The notes under the pieces are model-generated. The model saw only the letters and a program-made list of their open reading frames with translations, was not told the DNA's origin and did not search any database. Shown here piece after piece: positions 42,673 to 51,335 of a DNA stretch of 64,000 nucleotides. Origin of the DNA: Candidatus Latescibacterota bacterium. GTDB lineage: Bacteria > Latescibacterota > UBA2968 > GCA-2709665. Position 1 is the stretch's first letter. The number at the start of each line of letters is the position of its first letter. The stretch covers positions 5,280,001 to 5,344,000 of the forward strand of contig OZ244744.1 of the NCBI GenBank assembly GCA_965219455.1. Reading direction: 5' to 3'. The position numbers and the translations under genes were made by a program.

Positions 42673-43482
42673 CTATTTCAACAATAACATCCGCCTGGAG
42701 GCGGAGACATCGCCGGCCTGGATCCGATACAGATAGATGCCGCTGGCGACCCGCCTGCTCAGCTCGTCCGTGCCATCCCAGGTCGCCGTGAATGAACCGG
42801 CTTCCATCCGCTCGTCGACCAGCACGCGAACCTCCTGGCCCAGCAGGTTGTATATCGCCAGCCGCACCCGACCGGCGTCGGGCAACTGATATCCGATGAC
42901 GGTGGCGGGGTTAAAGGGATTCGGCATATTCTGATCCAGAGCAAACCGGTCGGGCAACGGCTTCAAATCGCCCACTTCAACGCGTGCCGCCGCGTCCAGC
43001 TTACCGTCCAGCCCCACCAGCACGCTCTCCGAGACCTGAAAATCAGCAGAAACCGGTGTGCCGCTCGTCCGGAAGACAAGCTCGACGAGCTTTCCCTCGC
43101 CGCTGGCGCCATGGCCATCCACTTTCACGGCGCCGATTTCCAGTTGGCCCGGCGTCCGGCTCGAAGACAGGAACAGCGTTTTCTGACCGGGAACCCCTTT
43201 GAGCAGATTAACCTCCAACTCCCTGGCGTCCAGGAACGCATACTTCACCGGATCGAACTGAAGCGAAAATCCGTATCCTTTGAGGTTTTTCGTCTGGGAC
43301 AACGAGACGTGGATCTTGAGCACGCCGCTCTCGGCCGCCGGGTCGTTTACGCGCTCGAGCGTGAGCGTTGCGAAGGCGTTCTGTCCTCCGGTAATGGACA
43401 ATCCACGCGTCAGTTCTCCAGCCGATGCGGCAGCGACCGTTGACAAGACCGCGCACATGGATACAACAAGCCGTTTCAGTAT
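42673..43482 (-). CDS. Secreted cohesin-domain protein with C-terminal FlgD-Ig-like domain
   Basis: LKGYGFSLQFDP cohesin-like; QNMPNPFNP...IYNLLGQ...WDG...ASGIYLYR. Start is ATA (43482) or ATG (43458). Confidence 0.8.
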   Translation of the reverse strand: MLKRLVVSMCAVLSTVAAASAGELTRGLSITGGQNAFATLTLERVNDPAAESGVLKIHVSLSQTKNLKGYGFSLQFDPVKYAFLDARELEVNLLKGVPGQKTLFLSSSRTPGQLEIGAVKVDGHGASGEGKLVELVFRTSGTPVSADFQVSESVLVGLDGKLDAAARVEVGDLKPLPDRFALDQNMPNPFNPATVIGYQLPDAGRVRLAIYNLLGQEVRVLVDERMEAGSFTATWDGTDELSRRVASGIYLYRIQAGDVSASRRMLLLK

Positions 43483-43665
43483 ATCATCCTCCCTGCGATA
43501 AAGTGGACCTGGGCGACAAGGGATGTCGGAGATGAATTCACAGTGAACCGCGACCTTGATTGCATTTGGCGCCTCGCTATTCCCGAGACGTGGCGAACGT
43601 GAACGTCTTTACAGAAGCACCGGCGAGGGTGGTCCGTGCAATGGAAATCGCTTGGTGGGTAACGC

Positions 43666-46600
43666 CTATTGCGAGCAATTCGGCCCTCCTTTGTCACTGA
43701 TTCCCTGTAGCCACGTCTGGAACGCCGTATCGAGCGGCGCACATAGCCCTCCTTCTCCCCCAAAGTGAAATATCTCCAGTTTCGTCAGGCTGGTAAGGCT
43801 CAGAGGAAGGGAACCACTCAACTGATTCTCGTTAAGATGCAGTTCAGTGAGATCTGTCAGGTTGCCCAATTCGACAGAAATCGTGCCACTTAACTGATTG
43901 CTCCAAAGAGATAGCGCCCTAAGGTTAGACAGGTTGCCCAATTCTGTTGGGATCCGACCACTCAAATTATTGTCTCCAAGATTCAGATCCGTAAGCTTGG
44001 AAAGGTTGCCCAACTCTGCTGGGATCGGACCTGTCAACTCATTTGCGACAAGATGCAGGACCTCAAGTTTGGGCAAGTTGCCCAATTCGACGGGTATCCC
44101 ACCGCCCAACCCATTTTTAGAAAGATGCAGGTCGGTGAGGTTTGTCAGATTGCCTAGTGACGCTGGTATACCCCCACTTAGTTGATTTTCGCCAAGACCC
44201 AGGAATTCGAGCTTGAAAAGGTTGCCCAATTCTGTTGGGATCGGACCACTCAAATTATTGTCGCCAAGATCCAGTTCCGTAAGATCGGACAGGTTGCCCA
44301 ATTCTGTTGGGATCGGACCTTTCAACTCATTTGCGATAATATGCAGAACCTCAAGTTTGAGCAAGTTGCCCAATTCCACGGGTATCCCACCGCTCAATTC
44401 ATTCTTGTACAGCCATAGGTGAGTAAGCTTGGAAAGGTTGCCCAATTCCACGGGAATTCGACCGCCCAACCCGTTTTGGGAAAGATGCAGGTGCGTGAGG
44501 TTTGTAAGATTGCTTAGTGACGCTGGTATACCCCCACTTAATTGATTGTCGCCAAGACCCAGGTAATCGAGCTTGGAAAGGTCGCCCAGTGCTACCGGGA
44601 TCGTTCCGCTCAACTGATTGAGTCTAAGGTCCAGAGTCAACAGGTTGGACAGATTCGCCAATTCGACGGGAATCGTACCACTCAACTCATTATCGTAAAG
44701 CCACAGGCGAGAAAGATTCGTCAGGTTGCCCAATTCCACGGGTATCTTTCCGCTTAACCCATTTTCGGGAAGATGCAGAGTCTCAAGGTTGGTCAGTTTG
44801 CCCAGTTCCACGGGCAGTTCACCCGTCAGATTATTATCTCTCATGTCCAGGTGTGTAACCCAACCGTTAGAAACCCCGACGCCATGCCACGTGGAAATGT
44901 CATTGTCTGACAGCCAGTTGGTGTTATTCGTCCAATTGTCTCCATCCGTCGCATTGTACAGCGCCACCAACGCCTCGCGCTGGGATTCCAGGGCGCAAGT
45001 CGGGCCGTTGGACTCTTTGATGCCCCGTAGCCAACGTTGAAAGGCTTCATCAGGCGGCGCGCACAGACCTGTGCCCTCGAAGAGAAATTTCTCCAGATTT
45101 TTCAGCCCTGTCAGGCTTTGAGGCAGCGTTCCCGCTAACGACGCGCTGTACTGGAACTCCAATATCTTGAGGTTTGTCAGGTTACCCAGTTCCACGGGAA
45201 CCGCCCCGTTCAGCTGTGTACTCCAGAGCTTCAGTTGTGTGAGTTTGGACAATCTCCCCAGTTCCACGGGAATCGAACCACTCAACGGATTGCCGCCAAG
45301 TACCAGTACGCTGAGGCTGTCCAGGCCACCCAGTTCCACAGGGATCGGACCGGTCAATTGATTGTCGTAAAGCCAGAGGTGTGTGAGGTTGGATAAGCTG
45401 CTTAATTCCACGGGAATCGAACCGGTCAACTGATTGTCGCCAAGATTTATGGCCCTGAGGTTTTCCAGGTTGCCCAATTCGGGTGGGATTGCACCGCTCA
45501 ACTGGTTAATGGAAAGATGCAGCCGTTCCAAGTTTTCCAGGTTGCCCAATTCGGGTGGGATTGCACCGCTCAACTGGTTAACGGTTAGATTCACCTGCTC
45601 CAGGTTTTCCAGGTTGCCCAATTCGGGTGGAATTGGGCCACTCAACTGATTGAAAAATAGATACAGCCGTTCCAGGTTTCCCAGGCTGCCCAATTCGGGT
45701 GGAATTGGACCGCTAAATTGCGTCTGGCTAAGATTCAGCTGCTCCAGGTTGGCCAGGTTGGACACTTCGGACGGTATCGAGCCGCTAAACCCTTTTCCGC
45801 CAAGTGAAAGGTGCGTCAACTTTGTCAGGTTGAACAATTCGGATGGTATCGAGCCAACCGATTGAATCCCCCGGAGGCTCAACCTCTCCAGATTGGTCAG
45901 GTTGCCCAATTTGGATGGTATGGGGCCAACCAACTGTTCCGAGCTAAGAAGCAGTGTCTCGAGGTTGGTCAGATTGCCCAATTCCGATGGTATCACGCCA
46001 CTCAGTTGATTGGAGGTTAGATACAGTCGCTTCAGGTTGGCCAGGTTGCCCAATTCCCGTGGAATCGGACCACTCAACTGACTGCCAAGGAACAGATTCT
46101 CCAGGTTGGTCAGGTTGCCCAATTCTGATGGTATCGTCCCACTCAACTGATTCTGATCAAGGCGCAGATACGTCAGGTTGGATAGTTTGGCCAACTCGAC
46201 TGGAATCGGCCCGCTCAACTCAGTCCGGACGACGTTGAGAATCGTAAGGGAAGCCAGATTACCTAACTCGATGGGTATCACTCCTCTCAACGCATTACCG
46301 TCGAGTTTCAGGCTGTCGAGGCTGGCCAGGCTGCCCAACTCGGGTGGGATCGGGCCGGTGAGATTGTTTCGGGACAGGCTTATCCCCGTGACCCGACCGT
46401 TCGCCGCGGTGACGCCGTGCCACGTATCGAGCGGGTTGTCCGTGAGCCAGTTGGTCTGGGTCGTCCAGTTGTCCCCGCCGGTTGCGTTGTAAAGCGCCAC
46501 CAGCACGTCACGGTCCGGCGCCGTGGGGGTGGGCGGCGCCACTTCTTGTCCGAATTGCCCGGCAAGTGCCAGGAAATCCGAAAATCCCACGGCCCCGTCT

Positions 46601-47280
46601 CCGTCCAGGTCAAACCTCGCGTCGTAAGTCCCATCACCCTCTTGCGACCCATAGTTGCCCGCGAATTGCACAAAGTCAGTAAACCCAACCGTACCATCCC
46701 CGTCAAAATCCGGCGAAGGCCCGGCCGGAACCGGTTGCAATTCAATATTGATATTCGGCATCACGGTTTCCTGTTGGCCGCCCCTGCCCAGCGTGGCTTC
46801 CACGAAACGGATCGTCGTGCCCGTGAACGTGGCTGACGTGCGAAACCGAACCGTGCCCACAAGGCCCGCTGACGCCGCGGCCCGACCGCCCATCGACGCA
46901 ATGCCCAACGTGACCGACGTCGGGTTCGTCCCGGTCTCCACCAGCACCTGGGCATTGGGAAACAGGTCGCCCGGGTCGGTACCGTCGTAGACGACCTGAC
47001 CCGCATCGTATACCAAACGAATGGACACGCCCTGCGCCTGGCTCACGTCGCTCGCGTAAACCTGGATGGAAACCGTCGTTTCAGGGGATACCTCCATCGC
47101 CGTGACCTCCTGGTCGCCGGCGGCGCCATCCACGTCCGCGGACAGTGAAAAACTGTTCTGTGACGAAAGAGACAGCGGGCTAAGCAAAAGGGCGATAAAT
47201 ATGATCGCACAGCCTGAGACAGGCGCGAAAATAAATTCCCCGTTCACGAAACATGTGAGACGATCTCGAAGCGCACGCAT
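43666..47280 (-). CDS. Secreted cohesin + EF-hand/dockerin-like + plant-type LRR protein (18+15 repeats)
   Basis: AGGAG RBS; same architecture as 39182-42370. Confidence 0.9.
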   Translation of the reverse strand: MRALRDRLTCFVNGEFIFAPVSGCAIIFIALLLSPLSLSSQNSFSLSADVDGAAGDQEVTAMEVSPETTVSIQVYASDVSQAQGVSIRLVYDAGQVVYDGTDPGDLFPNAQVLVETGTNPTSVTLGIASMGGRAAASAGLVGTVRFRTSATFTGTTIRFVEATLGRGGQQETVMPNINIELQPVPAGPSPDFDGDGTVGFTDFVQFAGNYGSQEGDGTYDARFDLDGDGAVGFSDFLALAGQFGQEVAPPTPTAPDRDVLVALYNATGGDNWTTQTNWLTDNPLDTWHGVTAANGRVTGISLSRNNLTGPIPPELGSLASLDSLKLDGNALRGVIPIELGNLASLTILNVVRTELSGPIPVELAKLSNLTYLRLDQNQLSGTIPSELGNLTNLENLFLGSQLSGPIPRELGNLANLKRLYLTSNQLSGVIPSELGNLTNLETLLLSSEQLVGPIPSKLGNLTNLERLSLRGIQSVGSIPSELFNLTKLTHLSLGGKGFSGSIPSEVSNLANLEQLNLSQTQFSGPIPPELGSLGNLERLYLFFNQLSGPIPPELGNLENLEQVNLTVNQLSGAIPPELGNLENLERLHLSINQLSGAIPPELGNLENLRAINLGDNQLTGSIPVELSSLSNLTHLWLYDNQLTGPIPVELGGLDSLSVLVLGGNPLSGSIPVELGRLSKLTQLKLWSTQLNGAVPVELGNLTNLKILEFQYSASLAGTLPQSLTGLKNLEKFLFEGTGLCAPPDEAFQRWLRGIKESNGPTCALESQREALVALYNATDGDNWTNNTNWLSDNDISTWHGVGVSNGWVTHLDMRDNNLTGELPVELGKLTNLETLHLPENGLSGKIPVELGNLTNLSRLWLYDNELSGTIPVELANLSNLLTLDLRLNQLSGTIPVALGDLSKLDYLGLGDNQLSGGIPASLSNLTNLTHLHLSQNGLGGRIPVELGNLSKLTHLWLYKNELSGGIPVELGNLLKLEVLHIIANELKGPIPTELGNLSDLTELDLGDNNLSGPIPTELGNLFKLEFLGLGENQLSGGIPASLGNLTNLTDLHLSKNGLGGGIPVELGNLPKLEVLHLVANELTGPIPAELGNLSKLTDLNLGDNNLSGRIPTELGNLSNLRALSLWSNQLSGTISVELGNLTDLTELHLNENQLSGSLPLSLTSLTKLEIFHFGGEGGLCAPLDTAFQTWLQGISDKGGPNCSQ

Positions 47281-47567
47281 GGTCTCCTACCTTTCTGATT
47301 TGACGCCTTCTGGTTGGTGGAAGAGACGATTTTGAATGGACGTAGTCAGACGGACACGAAACAGACCGGATATGAAAGTTGGAAGAATATTTAAATGAGT
47401 GCGCATGTTGCACTGACGCCGGGAGGCACTTGGGAAGTGATCTCTCAGAAATTCGCCCAGCGGGTTCTCGAGCGAACGCCATGGCGTATAGCGGGGTTCC
47501 TTGACCGCGACGAGGAATTCGATACGCCGGTTCGGTTCTCCGGATGCTCGATTCCGGTTCGCCACAA

Positions 47568-47596
47568 TTGACACCACGACACAGGTTCCATATATT
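47568..47596 (+). promoter_or_regulatory. Consensus-like sigma70 promoter for candidate sRNA copy 1
   Basis: TTGACA-17-TATATT. Confidence 0.65.
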
Positions 47597-47602
47597 TACA
47601 GA

Positions 47603-47721
47603 TAGTGATGGCCGCATCCCGTCCCGTGGCGCTATATTGCCGGGGAACACGCGGGCTGTGGACCTTCTTGAATGACCGTCGGTTTTCGACTTTGCGCGTC
47701 AGGGAACCGGCGGTCTTTTTT
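47603..47721 (+). ncRNA. Candidate sRNA, copy 1
   Basis: Lies between the promoter and the hairpin GACCGTCGGTT...AACCGGCGGTC-T6; duplicated at 50259-50375. Confidence 0.5.
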
Positions 47722-47795
47722 GTGCTCGGGCTATCGCCTGGATGAGGGGTTCCGAATTGAACGGGTCGGATTTCTGACGCGTTCAGCCACAATAT

Positions 47796-47828
47796 AACAT
47801 AATAGTCGCAAATTGCAACTATTATGTT
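47796..47828. promoter_or_regulatory. 33-bp palindromic operator-like site overlapping a leftward promoter
   Basis: AACATAATAGT-N11-ACTATTATGTT; minus strand TTGCAA-16-TATATT; copy at 50450-50482. Confidence 0.6.
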
Positions 47829-48215
47829 TCTTTATAATTTTTACGGTTTTCTCTACTATTTCCGCAAATATATCCAAATTCGGCGGGGCTATACGTCGAT
47901 CTCTCCTCCATGTGCCCAACGGGATACTCTGCACCAGGGTTCAGAAGGTCGTGACAATGCCCACTGGAAACACGGTGGGACGGGTCACCCGGCCCACTCA
48001 TCAGCCGGGGGGAAACGGTTAATGATCGCGTATATGCGGCCATTGCAGGATCGGCCTGATGCGGCCGGCTGAGGATCGGTCTATTCGGGCTGCCTGGCGG
48101 CGCCGGTTTACGAGTTTCCGATAATTCTCGGGGATGCAATTGACTTTCTACGGCGATCCCGTATCTTGTTTATACGGAGCCGCCCCCTCTCTCCCAAGGC
48201 CGCAGGGCATCTTGC

Positions 48216-49133
48216 ATGGCAGAATTCGATGCGATCTCCAAACACCTGATTCAATCCTATCCCAACGACTTCGCCGGCTTCGCCCTCGGGCGAGAGGACG
48301 TTGAGGTCCTTGAAGTCATTGATACCGAGCAACTCACGGTATCGGCAAGCCGCGCCGACAGCCTCATTCGCGTCCGCATCGATGGCCGCGAGGTATTGGT
48401 CCACAACGAATTTCAAACGACCGACAGTACGAATCCGGACATGCCGCGACGCATGGCCGGTTATATCGGGCGCGCCATTGAACGTCATGGCGTGTCCGTC
48501 TACTCGAGCGTCATCTACTTGCGGCCCGATGCGGGCAAACGGGATCCGGGCCAATATCTTCAGTCGCATCCCGTGTACCGGGTGCACCTGCAGTACGGGG
48601 TGATTCGGCTGAGTGAACTGGATGGTCAAGAGATTCTCGATGCAGGACAGGCGGGGCTGATCGCCTTTGCTCCCCTGATGAGGCCTCCTGCTGGGATGGC
48701 TTCACGGGCATGGTTGCGCCACTGTATGCACACGGCTCATGCGCGGCCAATGGCTACGCCGGCAAAAGCCGACTACCTGGCCGGCATGTCGCTGCTCAGC
48801 GGGCTGGTGTACGCTCCGGAAACCATTTCTGATATTGTTTCGAAGGAGGGCATGATGGACCTCATACGCGAATCATCCTTTGCACAATACCTTACCCGGC
48901 AGGGCGTCGAGCAAGGGATCGAAAAAGGTATCGAACAAGGCGTTGAGCAAGGGCTCCGGGAGAGTATCCTCGCCGTACTGGAGACTCGATTCGATCTCCC
49001 TGCGTCGCATCCTCTTACTGCTCGCATTGAGACGATTGACAACGTCCAACGCCTTAAAGCGTTGCTTCGCACGGCGGTCAAGGTATCCAGTCCGGAGGAA
49101 TTCGGGCAATTGTTGGATCAGGAACGGCCCTGA
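48216..49133 (+). CDS. Rpn/YhgA-like nuclease, copy 2
   Basis: Close paralog of copy 1 with 4 tetrapeptide repeats; internal AAGGAGG-ATG at 48852/48855. Confidence 0.85.
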   Translation: MAEFDAISKHLIQSYPNDFAGFALGREDVEVLEVIDTEQLTVSASRADSLIRVRIDGREVLVHNEFQTTDSTNPDMPRRMAGYIGRAIERHGVSVYSSVIYLRPDAGKRDPGQYLQSHPVYRVHLQYGVIRLSELDGQEILDAGQAGLIAFAPLMRPPAGMASRAWLRHCMHTAHARPMATPAKADYLAGMSLLSGLVYAPETISDIVSKEGMMDLIRESSFAQYLTRQGVEQGIEKGIEQGVEQGLRESILAVLETRFDLPASHPLTARIETIDNVQRLKALLRTAVKVSSPEEFGQLLDQERP

Positions 49134-49550
49134 TATCCATTCCTTGACGAAAAGCCGCTTCATCGTGCTGAAGAAGAACCGGGAAGAGATCCTCGTATCC
49201 ATCATCCTGCTCATCCGACTATCCTGAAAATCCTGATCCGGACAGTTTCCACCGCCACGGTCTCTTGCAGTCCTGGCAGCGCATACACCCTTTGATTTGC
49301 CTCCTCTTCCTGCTTGCTGGCGCCCGGACATGGTATTCTGAGCTTTCGATTTGATGAATGTGAGCAGACAAGAATGTCTGCTCCACCTTTTCAAGTATTC
49401 CGACGATATCCTGTTCGGACCGGAAGCACGGTGGGACGGGACGCCCGGCCCGCTGATCAGCTGGGGGATAACGGTCGTGGACACGCGTGAGCGGCTCAGG
49501 CGTGGCGACGTGGAGACCACCGCCGAGACGATTTAGGGCAAAAAAACAGT

Positions 49551-49594
49551 GGTGGCGACACTCCGTGATCCCTTTCAGGGACGTCACCACCACT
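49551..49594 (-). terminator. Terminator-like hairpin downstream of the 49644-50030 gene
   Basis: GTGGTGGCGAC...GTCACCACCAC stem with an adjacent A-tract on the + strand. Confidence 0.5.
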
Positions 49595-49643
49595 TCGAGC
49601 ACACAAAAAAACGCCCAAGCGTTGAGCCCGGGCTTCCTGTTTG

Positions 49644-50030
49644 TCACCTGCCCTGTTCTTCAAGAGCGGTAACCCTCCCGTCGAGATTCAACAGGGCATC
49701 CCTTATTGCCTCTTGTGCTTGGATTCGTGCTTTGTCAATCTCGATATCGACCTTGTCTGATTTCTCAAGAGTAGTGAGCCTTTTATTGAAACCCAGGAGC
49801 GCGCGCTTTATTCCCTCGTAGATATCCTTCTGCAGCCTGTCCAATCTCATGGACTGCTGAGCATCTTCCTCGAGCGTGCTGACCCGCTGCTCCAGCGAAT
49901 CCAACATGTCGAAGATCTCGGTATCGTGGTTGTCGGATTCCGACTCGGACGTACCTTACGTGAGCGCGATAAGCAGGCAGACAGCCACACAAGCCAGCAC
50001 GATGAACGTGAACAGATTCCTTCGCAACAT
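49644..50030 (-). pseudogene. Small membrane-anchored/secreted coiled-coil protein with an in-frame stop
   Basis: GGAG RBS, ATG 50030, MLRRNLFTFIVLACVAVCLLIALT, TAA at 49958-56, then in-frame continuation into LEQRVSTLE repeats. Confidence 0.6.
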
Positions 50031-50223
50031 CTATTGCTCCTCTCGCAATCAGTATGGAACGGGGTCGTACCCATTGTCGGATAGACCTTCTCGTATAGCG
50101 TCGCGCAGCCATTTCGACGATGCCTCCTTTATTGGCCCCGAACGTAAAACCAGGAATTGCCGCCGCTATGACACGCTGCAGATTCCCGGTACAGAGGTGG
50201 GTGGCATTTTAGGGATGGTTCGG

Positions 50224-50252
50224 TTGACATACGAGGGGAGTCTCGGTATCTT
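50224..50252 (+). promoter_or_regulatory. Consensus-like sigma70 promoter for candidate sRNA copy 2
   Basis: TTGACA-17-TATCTT. Confidence 0.65.
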
Positions 50253-50258
50253 TTAAAT

Positions 50259-50375
50259 AGATAGGCCGCATCCCATCCCCTGGCGCAATGGCGCTGTGGA
50301 ACACGTGGGCTGTGGACCTTTTTGGATGACCGTCGGTTTTCGACTTTGCGCGTCAGGGAACCGGCGGTCTTTTTT
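50259..50375 (+). ncRNA. Candidate sRNA, copy 2
   Basis: Terminator hairpin identical to copy 1, followed by T6. Confidence 0.5.
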
Positions 50376-50610
50376 GTGCTCGGGCTATCGCCTGGATGAC
50401 GGGTTTCGAATTGAACGGGTCGGATTTCTGACGCGTCCAGCAACAATATAACATAATAGTTGCACATTGAAACTATTATGTTTTTTTATGTTTTTATCTA
50501 CTAATTCCGTACAATATATACAAATTCGGCGGGACTATACGTCGATCGCTCCTCCATGTGCCCAACGGGATACTCTGCACCAGGGTTCAGAAGGTCGTGA
50601 CAATGTCCAT

Positions 50611-51335
50611 CGGGTGCACGTGCAGTACAGGGTGATTCGGCTGAGTGAACTCAATGGTCAAGAGATTCTCGATGCAGGACAGGCGGGGCTGATCGCCTTT
50701 GCTCCCTTGATGAGGCCCCCTCAAGGGATGGCTTCACGGGCATGGTTGCGGCACTGTATGCACGCGGCTCATACGCGGCCAATGGTTACGCCGTCAAAAG
50801 CCGACTATCTGGCCGGCATGTCGCTGCTCAGCGGGCTGGTGTACGCTCCGGAAACCATTTCTGAAATTGTTTCGAAGGAGGGCACGATGGACCTCATACG
50901 CGAATCATCCTTTGCACAATACCTTACCCGCCAGGGCGTCGTGCAAGGGATCGAGCAGGGGATCGAACAGGGGATCGAACAAGGCGTTGAGCAAGGGCTC
51001 CGGGAGAGTATCCTCGCCGTACTGGAGATTCGATTCGATCTCCCTGCGTCGCATCCTCTGACTGCTCGCATTGAGACGATTGACAAACGCCTTAACAGCC
51101 CGTTGAAAAAGTCCATCCGGGCTGCGTTCGGCCCTTGTGGCCGAAATACTGCGTTGCACTCCCTCCCCGAATCCCCCGATTCGACGCGGTCGCGCGCCTT
51201 GTCTTCGGCCACAATGACTCGGCCTCGCCTGCAGAGCGACTTTATCAACAGACTGTTAAAGCGTTGCTTCGCACGGCGGTCAAGGTATCCAGTCCGGAGG
51301 AATTCGGGCAATTGTTGGATCAGGAACGGCCCTGA
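50611..51335 (+). pseudogene. Rpn copy 3: N-terminal nuclease domain deleted, C-terminus split by the MITE
   Basis: Matches copy 2 from 48579 onward; retains the RBS and ATG 50887. Confidence 0.85.
51096..51255. mobile_element. 160-bp MITE, copy 2 (inverted relative to copy 1)
   Basis: TIRs CAGCCCGTTGAAAAAGT / ACTTTATCAACAGACTG; TTAA duplication; empty site GCCTTAAAGCG in rpn copy 2. Confidence 0.9.

Larger units (their letters stand above)
47610..49416 (+). repeat. Module copy A (sRNA/leader + rpn + downstream element)
   Basis: Direct homolog of 50264-51619. Confidence 0.9.

Noticed and set aside
39182-47280. 72-bp periodicity as CRISPR or DGR template/variable repeats
   Set aside because: Explained by coding LRRs. 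No reverse transcriptase is in the window and differences are not evidently adenine-restricted.
47640-47790. c-di-GMP-I riboswitch (GACGCGCAAAG on the minus strand)
   Set aside because: Lacks the upstream GGCAAAC..GAAA stem; the resemblance is only a short motif.
47445-47792. Minus-strand ORFs over the duplicated leader (also 50129-50467) as type I toxins
   Set aside because: No RBS or hydrophobic helix, and starts and ends differ between copies.
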